DNA from: Asterionella formosa
Lineage: Eukaryota
Assembly: GCA_002256025.1 (NCBI GenBank)
Contig: NKIB01013925.1
Location: 1-49,887 of the forward strand
Reading direction: 5' to 3'
DNA length: 49,887 nt
In this document: in pieces, positions 33,287-45,302 of the stretch
How the letters are laid out: every line of letters starts with the position of its first letter
Position numbering within the stretch: the first letter of the stretch is position 1
The notes under the pieces: model-generated
What the model was told of the DNA's origin: nothing
What the model saw: the letters and a program-made list of their open reading frames with translations, nothing else
Database searches by the model: none
Made by a program: the position numbers and the translations under genes

Positions 33287-34387
33287 ATGGGTGCCATATT
33301 CTGGCTCCAGTTGACTGGCATTATATCACCATTGGTATTCTTGCAGCGCACTGATGGGCTATCTTCGTTCCGTTGGAATCCATCATTGAAATGCTGCACC
33401 CGAAGTGTTCGTCAGAGTCCATTGATGATGTCGTCCACCCCTATGGATGAATGTAGCACATTACAGAAGCAAGAACAAAAGCTACTTCAGCGAGGCTGTG
33501 TAGAAGCTGCCCTGATGGCACACTTGGAGTCTCCCATTCTGGTGCAGGAGGACACATCGCATGCCGAGACGTTGCGTCAACAAGGAGTGGTCCGGATCGA
33601 CCAAGTCATACCTGACCATGTAGCCGATACTATGCACGCCTACGTATATGATCTACTTTCTAGGTCACAAGAGGCGATTAGTAGGGGCCATCTATTTGAC
33701 CCCACAGATCGATTTGCCCCCGTGTTGCTTCATTCGCAGCGATGTGACTTGAAGCTTCCATTGGGACCACCGCAAGTACAGTCGGCGTTAACTGAACTTC
33801 TCCTGCACTCTCCAGTTAGACAGACATTAGAGACGCTCGTAGGAACCAATGCCATCTTGTATGAACTCAGCTGCTTGATTTCAGATCCTGGTTCTCAGCG
33901 ACAAAATGTACATCCCGATCATCCATGTCTTTCGTTTGACAACAGCAATAGCCCCCAGGTTGTAACCTGCTTTGTTGCTCTTCAAGATATTGATATGACC
34001 ATGGGACCAACAATATGGCTTCCAAGGACACACCATCCCTCAGTTCATGAACGGTTCCAATCCTTACGTGTGGAGTGTTTGTTGGACTCACCAGAGTCAC
34101 CCAAGGATCGATTGTTGCGGACCACACCATCTGTGGTGGGAGTCATGCCGAAGGGTTCCTGTGTCATGTTTGATTCAAGAATTCTTCATTGTGGGAGTGC
34201 CAATGTAAGTAACAAAAGTCGAGCACTCATGTATGTGTCGTTCAAGAATGCACAAGTTGGATATCCAGGGAATATAGGAAGTATTGGGTATGGATTGAAA
34301 GAAGCTGAAATACCATTAAATGAATTATGTGATGAAATTCTAAATGGATCGAGTCAACGATTGAGCAAACTATCGATGGATCCGTGA
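33287..34387 (+). CDS. PhyH-family Fe(II)/2-oxoglutarate dioxygenase with N-terminal targeting peptide
   Basis: 'SCLISDPGSQRQNVHPD' (HxD), 'FVALQDI..MGPT', 'FDSRILHCGSAN..SR'; hydrophobic N-terminus. Confidence 0.85.
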   Translation: MGAIFWLQLTGIISPLVFLQRTDGLSSFRWNPSLKCCTRSVRQSPLMMSSTPMDECSTLQKQEQKLLQRGCVEAALMAHLESPILVQEDTSHAETLRQQGVVRIDQVIPDHVADTMHAYVYDLLSRSQEAISRGHLFDPTDRFAPVLLHSQRCDLKLPLGPPQVQSALTELLLHSPVRQTLETLVGTNAILYELSCLISDPGSQRQNVHPDHPCLSFDNSNSPQVVTCFVALQDIDMTMGPTIWLPRTHHPSVHERFQSLRVECLLDSPESPKDRLLRTTPSVVGVMPKGSCVMFDSRILHCGSANVSNKSRALMYVSFKNAQVGYPGNIGSIGYGLKEAEIPLNELCDEILNGSSQRLSKLSMDP

Positions 34388-34420
34388 AAGTAAATGCTCC
34401 CCATAAAATAAATACAAACA

Positions 34421-35182
34421 CTAAATTGCTCCCTCATCATTTGCTTTTTCTCCTTGTCGATAACAAAATCGGTGAAATCTCCACATAATGTAAGAGTGTA
34501 ATGTCGTTTGGGTCGACCGATACGCCAATCCTCGTAGTGCCGAAATAGGAGGTCGTCCGGCCAATGTAGGCCTGTAATCATTTGTAATTTCAGTTTCAAT
34601 TCTACTACCGGTAGTTGAGTTTGAGCTTGTCACTAGCGTGAAACGTAAGCTACCACTGAAAGTGTCACTATTCGGCGCTTTCCTAGCCAAACATCCACCA
34701 ACAATTGGGATGCTAATGGAGGCCTTCCGGGACGATCGCATACCACCATGTTCGGCATCTCGCCACTTTACATGTAGTGACGAACTTGTAGGCTGACCAA
34801 AGGATAAAATATTCTTTCCAAACATTCGGTCTTTTACATGAAAACCACGTTTGTTCCTTCCATACGAGAAACATTCTGCTTGCAAGATCCCAAGGGTGAC
34901 ACTGCCTTGACATAACCACAACGGATAACAGGAGAAAACATCTTTGGGATGCTTTGCCAAGGGGGATTCAAACAGATTGGAGGGAACATCAGAAGTCTCG
35001 AACGACGTTGCAATACCGGTCGCTCTATCTAGGAATGCTGCACTTTTGAAATGAGAGCCATCCGTCACATGGAATATCATCATCACAACGAAAGATACAA
35101 TCCAGCACACTAATGATGCGCTTGCTTTTCGGCGCCTCCACACTTCACGAGATGGAAGGATTCGTGCATCATTGTGACCCAT
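34421..35182 (-). CDS. Hypothetical membrane-anchored protein
   Basis: 253-aa ORF from an ATG with one N-terminal TM helix, convergent with the PhyH gene; no family recognised. Confidence 0.65.
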   Translation of the reverse strand: MGHNDARILPSREVWRRRKASASLVCWIVSFVVMMIFHVTDGSHFKSAAFLDRATGIATSFETSDVPSNLFESPLAKHPKDVFSCYPLWLCQGSVTLGILQAECFSYGRNKRGFHVKDRMFGKNILSFGQPTSSSLHVKWRDAEHGGMRSSRKASISIPIVGGCLARKAPNSDTFSGSLRFTLVTSSNSTTGSRIETEITNDYRPTLAGRPPISALRGLAYRSTQTTLHSYIMWRFHRFCYRQGEKANDEGAI

Positions 35183-36477
35183 GTTAGTTCAGCGCTTAAT
35201 AATTAGTGGCTTGTGCTTGCTTCTCGCAATTTTCTCAATGGAAATGTAACATGGAGTGACTTTAAAAAGGCACAAAAGTGGAGTAGCTATCACGTGTTAA
35301 ATGTCTTACACAAGTAGCAGTACGCGTTCGTACACGGTGTGTGCTTTAGTCTTCTTTGTAGAGAAGTCACAAGTAGAAAGGAACGTTATGTTTCCTTATT
35401 TTATTGTGATTATTAAACTTGAAAACGATTTATAATTGATTCAACTCCACTTTTTTCAGATCAGTTAGATCTTGGATCTTTTGTCCAAACTTTCATTAAG
35501 ATAAGCAAGTAATGATAATGATCTGTTCTTGCTCATTCAATCATTCTTTTACTTCATAACATATATAGAATCTTGTTTTACTTACATAGTTGGCAACTCC
35601 AGCAAGGGCAAGGATGAGCCTGCGAATAGTTTATTACATAGAACATTCACCTTTCCAAATATTCCATCCCAGCATCTTATTAATTGTATGCTCATCTTCG
35701 TTAGCATTAGTTCAAATAATTCTTCACCAGAAATAGTTTATATTAATAATGTTGAAAATGTGCCCAAATCATCCTAGATTTTGTCAATCACGCACTGCCA
35801 GCCATGATGGGCTTTTCTCAATATATATATACTAACAATAGTTAAACAATACATATGATCTCATAGACATGATTGCTTTAAGTTATTTTTGTTTGGTAAT
35901 GTCATGACACTTGAATGATGATGGATGCTGGGCTTCTTTCTATTCTTGTGCCCACTCCAGAAAAATTCCTTCTCTGCTCTAGTAGCAACCAGCCTGATCA
36001 AGTGCTGTTCTGACAATGGCTCCGGACGAGGATCAACAATCAAAAAACCAGTCCAAACGCCCTTCAGAAAAATGAAGAACTGTGGTGCATATTTACCTTT
36101 TGGTATAACACCACAATTCTGCTGGATGGATTTGTTCCCATCATCTGTGGAGTTTGTATACTGCACAGGTAACCTTGCATCACCTTTTCTTCGAGCTCCC
36201 CAGGTACTGTAGTGTCCACTGTTTCCATCCAGTTTAGCAGATATGAAAAGCACACGATACTTTCTTAAACATATGTACTGGTACAACGCACCTGCCGGCG
36301 ATAATTAATTATAATGATTCAGACGCACACGTCGACATTTTAAATTGTCCTTCTGCACGTTGCAGCAAAAGATAATATATACCGGTAAACACCTGCTCGT
36401 TTGGCAGGACGATTTATGTTGATTTCAAATACGGATACTAGGTACTCCTAATAAGTAACAGGTAACAGGTCGGAATA

Positions 36478-36571
36478 CCTGCAAGTTGCGGTAATTGTGC
36501 TGAAACTAAAAGTTTAGCTATCTTTATCCTTAATTAAATTGTCTTTTAAGCCAAATGACCGTAACTTGGTG
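36478..36571. mobile_element. ~95-bp MITE copy D
   Basis: TA-CCTGCAAGTTGCGGTAATTGTGCTGAAACTAAA...CCAAATGACCGTAACTTG; in tandem with copy E. Confidence 0.85.
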
Positions 36572-36574
36572 ATA

Positions 36575-36670
36575 CCTGCAAGTTGCGGTAATTTTGCTGA
36601 AACTAAAGATTTAGCTATCTTTATCCGAGATAGAAATGTTAGTTTAAGCAAAATGACCGCAACTTGCTGG
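36575..36670. mobile_element. 96-bp MITE copy E (best preserved)
   Basis: 32-bp TIRs with 3 mismatches (CCTGCAAGTTGCGGTAATTTTGCTGAAACTAA / CCAGCAAGTTGCGGTCATTTTGCTTAAACTAA) and TA on both flanks. Confidence 0.9.
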
Positions 36671-37450
36671 TACCATGGGTTCCTGGTACAGTACCATGAT
36701 TTACCAGCTACCTGGTACCAGGTACCGCAGACCACACGGCAGAAGATATGATTGGAGCAACAACTTCGCCCAGTACCTGGTACAACCTACAGGTACCTTG
36801 GACGAACACAATAGAACATGGATTCACCCTATATGTAGTGTAAGCAAGAGCACTATAGAACATGGATAGAAACTGTTGGGCTTCAACAACAAACACTGGC
36901 GTTCCACGTCAGTATTTTCAACGTGAACCTTGCTTCTTACAAACGAATGTCAGTAAAAGTGAATAGAACAAACAAGGCATCTCACCGGTTTATTCAACTT
37001 GAACGTTGGGTCGTACATCCAAAATATCAATATAAATGAGTGCTTGTTCAAGAATGCTGTCCGGGTTCGGATGTAGACTACCTCATTCCCATTTCCTCCG
37101 ATGAATGTACAATATGCTAAAAGTTGGCAGGTATTTTGTTCGTTTAAGTGTCAGCAAGAAGGGAAGGGGCAACTTATTCACATTTGAAGCATTCGTCTGC
37201 ACTTCATGACGTCTCAACATTTCAAGCCTTCTTGCCCAAACTAGAACAGTACGGTGCGTAGCCCCACTGGATTAGGCTGTCTAGCTAGCTAGTGGGTCTT
37301 TCCTGTTGCTTTTGCCGATTCTCAACTGCTGGTCAACTGCACTACTCAATTCTTGCAATAGTCGTGAAAATATACTATATAGTCGCAATTGAGCTACTTT
37401 ATTGGCAGCTGCTGATGTATTACCATCGAAACCATTACATGAAAATGTAA

Positions 37451-38014
37451 CTAGCAATGTGGTAGAGCTGAGCTCGAACGCCTTCCCACGTTTCTCGACG
37501 CTGATTCAGACTGCAAAAAGCTTATATGTCCTGGTATGCCTGGAACTTCTTGCCTTTCAGGTTGATTTTCTTTCCTCTTCTTGCAGCACGATTCACTGTT
37601 GTCGCATACTGCTGCGACATGGGTGTCACGCTTCTTCCCGGTCAATCTAGATTCGTCACTTCCATCGTGGTCGACCACTTGTTGGAGTATGGAATACCTC
37701 ACGGGATCCAGTTTTCCGCAGAATGCACCTGTATGAAGAGACTTGAATAGCTTTTCAACAGAATTTACCGCGAAAATGGGCTCTTTCTTTACATCACAAA
37801 TGTTTCTGAAGTCGCTGTATCTTCTAGTTGCAGTAACAATCGTTCTGCTGTCATTCCATGTGGCATTGGATGTGAATGGATGTGAAGCAGCTGAGTTCCG
37901 TCGCATCACCTTGTTGTTGATCGCAGTACACTTCCCGTCGTCATCCCAGGTGGCATTCGAAGTGCTTGGTTGTCTAGCAGAGTTTCGTCGCAACATGATC
38001 TTGTTTTTATCCAT
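37451..38014 (-). CDS. Hypothetical protein with an internal duplicated 'RRNSA...TSNATW.D' motif
   Basis: 187-aa ORF from an ATG; two in-frame copies of a ~25-aa unit. Confidence 0.45.
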   Translation of the reverse strand: MDKNKIMLRRNSARQPSTSNATWDDDGKCTAINNKVMRRNSAASHPFTSNATWNDSRTIVTATRRYSDFRNICDVKKEPIFAVNSVEKLFKSLHTGAFCGKLDPVRYSILQQVVDHDGSDESRLTGKKRDTHVAAVCDNSESCCKKRKENQPERQEVPGIPGHISFLQSESASRNVGRRSSSALPHC

Positions 38015-39506
38015 TTGGTGTTTACAATGAAAGGAGGTTCGTTGGTTGAAATTCTTGAGTTATGATGCAGTGAGATAAAATTGAAATTATGTTGTGTTCC
38101 TGCGGTTTCTATGTAGCAAAATATTTGTTTTGGGTTTACAGTATTAAAAGGTACACAGATCGGGTTCACAGGACAAACTCCGAAAGGCGACGTTTTGTAG
38201 TATACTTGCTGCGACTGTTCACATGCCAACGTCAACCTGGTACCAGGTATGGAGTAAAAGTACAAGGATATTCCCTCTCTATGACGAGACAATGTGTACA
38301 ATCCAGTTATATTTTACATGTAGCGGGATAGCTGCAAACATTCAAACTGTCTTCGATGTCGTTGTACATAGCGACAAGTCCTGCTTGAAGTACATGAAGC
38401 AGAACCAATTTTAATCGAAGTTCAAGATTGATCAGCCGGTCGTTCTTTTGTGTTCCCATTCAATTGTCTTAAAGCTACGTTTTCAGGTACCAGGTGGAGT
38501 ACCAGTTAAAAATGGCTTTGAGCCACTTAGGGTAAGACAAAAGCGCAAATGTAAATCGCTAAACGGAGCTTTCACCAATACACACCCATTCCATATGCTT
38601 AAATACAGTCATTTATCAAAGTAGGGGTATAGGTCAACACTATATATCGTCAGGATATAGGATCTGGCGAGAAACTGCAGAAAGGAACTTCGGTTTTTAA
38701 ACTATGCTGAAAATAGTGGATTTTACCGGGCCAACTCGTCCTTCAGTTTCTCGCCGAAAGTTGAGAGTAAACTAAAATAGTTTCGACATCTTCCATAATT
38801 ATTTTAGAAACCCACATAATTTTTGGGGCCAACTGACAATATTTTCTGGCGACACAAAGAATTTTTTCAGTAATAATCTCTATAATACACTACTTTTCTC
38901 GACAATTCGCAACATTTCCGTTCATAAATATTCTTCACTCTGACTACCATTAATTCTGTTAGTTTGCTCCCTTTGTATCTTTACTTTGATCACATTAATA
39001 CCTCAAGGATAAACAAATATATATCTTAGTCAAACAAATAATTATGTGTAACCAATCAACGTTTCAATTTAATTCTACAATCGCAAATCAATCAAATTAA
39101 TCGCTTTGCTATATAGTTTATATTGATTCTTTCTATAGAACGCGATTCTCAAACCAATACGACAAGCAATGGATGTTCATTCTTGCAGCTGGATGCCTAG
39201 AAATAGGTGAGAAAACTTGAGCAAGAGTTTTCTTGGAGAAGGTACAACATTTCAAGATGCAACAAACTCCCCTACATCAATTTTGTAGTGAGTTTCATGT
39301 AAGCACTAAATGTCATGTTCCATAGTTCTATGGAATCTTGATAAGGTCATTTGACAGTTTACTATAGACATACTTTCAGCCATTCAACAATAGACTGCTT
39401 GCTCTTTACGCGAATAAAAACTTTGCATTGTGGAAATGATCACAAACCCCTGACTAACAGTTTATACATTTTCGGACACTTTTATGAAAAAGTTGTATTC
39501 TTTCAT

Positions 39507-41058
39507 TTCGGTGCTTGTGGACTGATCATCATTGATGTAGCAACAAAGATTCCAAACAATCTTTCTTAGCCAATTTAAGACCGATTTCTCTCTAGAATAG
39601 TATTAGGTGTACACAAGATCCATGCTGTCAGGTCGAATGTTGATATTCTAAGAACAAACATACATTAATCAAATTGGTCATCATGATGTGTAAACTTTCG
39701 GTGCTTGTGGAGGACTGATCATCACCAGTGCTATAGCAACAAGAATTCCAAACCATTTTTCTCCAGCAATTTAAGGGCCGATTTCTATCCTGCCTAGTAG
39801 TATTGGATTTCCAGGAGATCGATCCCGCCATGGTGAATGTCGATATTCTCAGAACAAACATATAATGATCAAAGGAGGCATCAAAATGGTGTGTAAAACT
39901 TTCGGTGCTTGTGGACTGATCATCAGCCAGCAGGGCTATAGCAACACAAATTCCAGTCCATCTTTCTTCACCAATTAAGGCTAATTTATATCAATCATAG
40001 TATTCGATGTACAAGACGTCAATGCCGTCATAATTAATGTGGATTTACTAAGAACGAACATATATTGATCAAATTGGTCATCAGGACGTGTAAAATTTGC
40101 TTCAATAATTGCAGTGGACTGCTGCATGACCAGTGCTGTGGCAACGGAAATTCCAAACAATCTTGCTCCACCATTTTAAGGCTGCTTTCTATCTAGCATA
40201 GTATTCGATGTACACGAGATCAATGCCGTCATGGCGAATGTCAATATTCTCAGAATGAACATATATTGATCAAATTGGTCATCAGGATTGTGTGTAAATT
40301 TTCGGTGCTTGCTGTGGACTGAACAGCAGTGCTGTGGTAACAAAAATGCCAAGCCATATTTCTCCACCAATTTAAGACCGATTTCTACTCAGCATAGTAT
40401 TCGATGTACACGAGATCAGTGCCTCTATTTCGAATATCTATATTCTCAGAACGAACATAAATTGATCAAATTGGTCATCAGAATGGTGTGTAACTTTTCG
40501 ATGCTTGCTGTGGACTGCTGCATGACCAGTATTCCAAACCATCTTTCTCCACCAATTTAAGGCTGATTTCTATCCAGCAAAGTATGCGATGTCCACGAGA
40601 TCAATTTCGTCATGGCCAATGTCGATTATCTCAGAAAGAGTATATATTGATCAATGGAGGAGGGATGAAAATGTGTAAAAGTTTTGGAGCTTGTGGACTG
40701 ATCATCAGTGCTGTGTTAACAAAAATTCCAAACCACCTTTCTCCACCAATTTAAGGCCAATTCATATCCAGCATAGTATTCGATGTACACGAGATAAATG
40801 CCATCATGGCGAAAGTTGATATTCTGAGAACGAACAAAAAAGGAGGCTGAGGATGTGTAATTTTTGTAAATTTTCGGTGATGGTGGACTGATCATCAGTG
40901 CTGTAGAAAAAAAATTCCAAATCATCTTTCTCCACCAATTTAAGGCCGACTTCTATCCAGAATAGTATTCGATGTACACAAGAAAAATGCCGTCAAGTTG
41001 AATGTAGATATACTCATAACGAACATTTATTGATCAAAGGAGGCATCAGGATGTGTAG
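39507..41058. repeat. Tandem satellite/minisatellite, 8 diverged units of ~186-204 bp
   Basis: Units start at about 39507, 39697, 39901, 40101, 40301, 40497, 40683 and 40872. Shared blocks: TTCGGTGCTTGTGGACTGATCATC, ATTCCAAACCATCTTTCTCCACCAATTTAAGG, CATAGTATTCGATGTACACGAGATC, TTGATCAAATTGGTCATCAGGATGTGTAAA. Confidence 0.95.
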
Positions 41059-41386
41059 ATGGCGATTGTGGCACTTCCAATTTTGATTTACTACCATAGG
41101 ATGTGCTAGTATGCCGTGATGATAGTTAGTACATCAGCAGGGGTGCACCAAAACTCAAAGCTATTATTTTCTACCTAATTGCATCCATCTACTAAACTGC
41201 TAAGAATTTTATTGGTCAAATCAGACATCAGCAAATATTTTTGGAGTGAATTGACTGGTGGTGTGCAGAAAAAGTGCTTAATATTGTGAAAAATATGAGT
41301 TATGGAGTGGTTGAATTCAATGAAGTTGATAATCCTCATCTCTTTGGCCCTTGCCTCAACGAAGAATTTGTTATACTCACAATGGT

Positions 41387-41781
41387 GACATGCAATGAAT
41401 GTTAAAATATGCAACAGTTTTTTCTTAATGAATTTATGAATTAAATTGTTTTCACCTACTCATCCAATGCTTTTTTTCTATATTGTTCTTGCTAAAGTTA
41501 TCGCTTCAGAATATTGCTAGCTGCTCCAAACCGGAGAAGCAAGGCCATTGCGGCACATCTCAATTTCGACTCACTACGGCGACATGCAAGGGTAAAATAT
41601 GCAACAGCTGTTTCTAAAGGATTTTACAAATTCAATCTTTGATAGCTGCTCATCCTTTGCTTCTTTTTATATATTGTACTTGCTAGAGCTATCGCTGTAG
41701 ACTATTTGTAGCTGCTCCAAAGAGGAGAAGGGGGCCATTGTGGCACATCTCAATTTCGACTCACTACGGCGACATGCAATG
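41387..41781. repeat. Second tandem repeat, 2 units of ~190-195 bp
   Basis: GACATGCAA...TAAAATATGCAACAG...GCTGCTCCAAA...GGCACATCTCAATTTCGACTCACTACGGC occurs twice; a partial related motif lies near 41065. Confidence 0.9.
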
Positions 41782-42231
41782 CTCAACGATGCTCAACGAG
41801 GACCAACAGTGCTTTACTTCTAATCTGGCAGCCTATTGTAATCTCTACAATCAACAATGACTAAACAATGTGTCTACAACAGTAACTACTACTACATGTG
41901 CTGAATTCTATTGTGTGAATCTTCCTCTTGCATGTGTCGTTATTTGCCAGTTGCAATCAAAGAAATATGTCGGACGAGCAGAAAAAATAATAAGTGAATC
42001 GGAATTGGCGACTCTTTCGTTCATTATATGGTGAAGGCAGCATAATTTTTCAACGGAGCAGCATAATTTCGCTTTTATACTGTTGCGATGGCTATGTGGT
42101 CAACATATATTGTTATGAACAAACATAATTATTGGTGTGATCACATAATCATTTGATATTTCAAAAAAGTAGCATAAATACGCCACTTTAGACATAAATT
42201 CGAAAAAGTGCCATAAACGGCATCTTAGATT

Positions 42232-43177
42232 TATGTATTGGTCATACATATTTTCACCATACTGTGCCTGTTCACTATTGAAAGACTTTGCTTACCTGGG
42301 TCATGTTGCAATATTTCTCTGCTACTCCCCTTCTTCATTCAAGCTGTTAATCACTGTATGGTGCTGGTTGCCACAATATTTTCCAGGTTTGCTGTGGAAT
42401 CAATCTGAAATTTGAACAATTATAGAGAAGTATCTCATCAATTCATTTGCCTGATTTCTGTGATGCAATAATCTCCCCTTTCTGCTATTCTGATGCCATT
42501 GGACATATCTCCCCTATCTGCGGTGTTCCAGTGACAAGTGGCTGGTGAAAAAAAGAAAGATTAAGGCGAAGGATGAGTTGCTTAGTGCTGCCCCTTGTTA
42601 GACTCTTATGGGTGTAATGAGTGCCCCTTTTTATCCTCATGTGGGCGTCTAGAGACTGTCCTTTTATACTTGGTACAGAGTAGTGTTTGTGTGTAAGGGG
42701 TCCACAGTCAGTCGGAACCTCTGTTCGGAAAGCTGTGGGGAGTTCGGGAGAGAGATACAACATCAAATGTGGAGACACACACAAACTAGCTACTGAGGCA
42801 CACCGCTTCAACATGGTGACTTTTTGTTTGCAAAAGCAGCTGCTTGGACCAGATGAAATCTGTGTCAAAGTACAATGGTTCCAAGGAGGATAGGGAGCGG
42901 AAAGGTCTAATAAACTAGTAAAGGAAAGTGGAAACACAATATATACAGCTGCAGCGCAAATCACGATGAATCCATTCAGCACCGGACAATGTTAATTCTA
43001 CTAATGTGTGCTATATAATAATACCAGCCAGGTAGCTGTTGGCTGCCATGTATAAATCCATGGGTTGTTCAACATACATACCGGTATGTATTGGTCATAC
43101 ATATTTTCACCATACTGTGCCTGTTCACTATTGAATGACTTTGCTTACCTGAGGCATATCGTAATATTTGTCTGCTA
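42232..43177. repeat. ~92-bp direct repeats (about 42232-42323 and 43085-43177) bracketing ~760 bp
   Basis: TATGTATTGGTCATACATATTTTCACCATACTGTGCCTGTTCACTATTGAA.GACTTTGCTTACCTG... is present twice, identical over the first ~50 bp. Confidence 0.9.
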
Positions 43178-43896
43178 TATATATACCACCAGTGAAAACC
43201 CTTAAGCTACTGGTATGACGACTTTTGAACTGAAAGCGACCGCCTAACGGAGTAAATGCACGGTTTGAACTTATTTTGCAAGATAAGGTTCATTATTGTC
43301 ACGAAGGAGTTGTTCAGATTTATATATCGAGTAAATACGTACGTATTGTTGCATTATGTAGCTTGTTAAATACTTTATTACGACCAAATGTTGCTGTAGA
43401 CGCGAAATTGCGAAAGATGGCTGAATATTTTCATGTTTCCTCTATCTTAGTATTGCGCTGGCATGGCCTTTTCTATACGTGGTGTACCAGGTTCCGGTAT
43501 TCTATTATACTCGAGTACTTTGCAGATAGAATTTGAGATTTGGTACGTATGACAGCAATTTTTCTTGTCAGACGTGTACTAAATGTACAATCGGCGGAGC
43601 TTCATTTCAAAAATGGCACTCAATTCCGACCATCACCTTCGTAGTATCAAAGAGGTTTTGAGGACACATTATTACAATTATATTTGGCTGATCGCGGTTT
43701 GCATTTTCAACCTTGTTGTTAGGAGCACGAATTGCGTTTTTACATCAAACAATTCGAATGACGATTACAATTGCATACTTGTCAGGTCTTCAATACTACT
43801 AACGAGAGTGGACCGAAGGAACGCGATATCTACGTTGTAAGCGGCAATAAAGGAAAGGACACAAAAATAAGTCAACGGAACGAAGAAATTCATGAA

Positions 43897-45302
43897 ATGC
43901 CCCTTCCTTCTGATGAAATGTCCCTTCCTTCTGAAGTTCCAACCGCCGACGGCCCACCACAGCCCTGCAGGTCAAAGCTCCGTAAACGAGCGGTTGCATT
44001 CTATTTTACAAATGAGTTCATCATCTTGGCAATAGTGGCAATTCTTCTCGCCAAAGCTTACCCTCCCTTGGGTGCTGAGTACCTTCAGCCCCAAATTACA
44101 GCTTCATGGATTGCTGTAATCTTTCTCTTTTGTAAGTTTTGGTTGCGTCGAATGCATACTTCCCTTCATGACCTATTGCCTTTTTGGGAAAACTCTACCA
44201 TTGGGATATTTTCTCGAGATTTATTGCATCGACAGCTCACATGCAAGTCCTCATTTCCGCAGTTTTGGCAGGGTTGGCTCTCAGGACCGAAGAGTTTGCC
44301 CATGCCTTTACACAATTGTATTTCAATGCTTTTGTACAAATCTTTTCTTTCGGCGTCGTTTCTTCGATTGTTTTTGGGTTTTCTCGTTTAATGATTAAGA
44401 TTGGAGCGATTTCGAAGATTCTAGGTGATGGAATGGCAGTTTGTGGTAGCCTTTCAATCACAGTGAATATGTGCGTGGTGATGACTGTGGCAGCTGGTGG
44501 AGGTAAGTCTTCAATTCATTATTTCTGTGCTCTCGTTCCTCCTGAATAGTGGAAAGTATGGTCTCTCATTTAGTATGCCCCAATAGATGAAGCTACTGCT
44601 ATCTTCAACGCAGCCTTTGGCAACATGATTGGGATTTTCATAAGTCCGCTTTTAATTCTTGGCTACATTGGTGTTTCCGGAGATGTCCCAATCGGTACTA
44701 CATTTTACAAACTTGGCGTTCGAGTTCTCCTTCCTCTTTTCATTGGTCAGGTAGTGAGAAAGACTTCAGACGATCTTGTAGCCTTCGTTAAAAAGTATAA
44801 GCGATACTTTGCCAAGGCTCAGGAGTACACCCTCATTTTCATCATTTACACCGTTTTTTGTGAGACCTTTTCCAAAGAGCGGGACTCCAACATTGGTGAT
44901 ATCTTTCTGCTAATATTGTTTCAATTCATTCTCCTTTCTGCTGTCATGGCATTGGCTTGGATACTAATGAAGTTTCTGTTTCCTACCAAACCTGAGCTCC
45001 GTGTCATGGGACTATTTGGGTGTTCACAGAAAACACTTGCAGTGGGTCTCCCACTTATCAGTGCAATCTATGAAGGAAATCCAAATGCTGGACTGTACAC
45101 TTTGCCCCTCTTGATTTGGCATCCCATGCAAATTATTCTGGGATCGGCACTTACTCCCAGGCTCAAGGCCTTTGTAGAGGCTGAGAATGAACGGTTAAGG
45201 TTAGTCAACAATGTTCCAGATATTCCCCCAGAACAAGAAGGTTCTACTATAGGAGTTGTGGATGAGGAAGTGCAAGAAGGTGATGCCACCAATAAAGAAT
45301 AG
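43897..45302 (+). CDS. SLC10A7/RCH1-like transporter, copy 4 (exons 43897-44131, 44263-44502, 44587-45302; start codon uncertain)
   Basis: Homologous GT-AG introns at 44132-44262 and 44503-44586; closest to copy 3. Confidence 0.88.

Noticed and set aside
18627..35182. Functional gene cluster or operon
   Set aside because: Genes have unrelated functions, compartments and orientations; this is ordinary compact eukaryotic gene order.
35520..36290. Possible gene (141-aa ORF 35861-36286 and neighbours)
   Set aside because: Non-ATG start, nearby frames broken by stops, no recognisable family; at most a decayed relic.
39507..41058. CRISPR-like array or repeat-protein gene
   Set aside because: Whole units are homologous with no unique spacers, unit lengths do not preserve frame, all frames have stops, and the context is eukaryotic.
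42485..42982. 165-aa ORF between the direct repeats
   Set aside because: GTG start, no motifs, and it spans LTR-like non-coding sequence.
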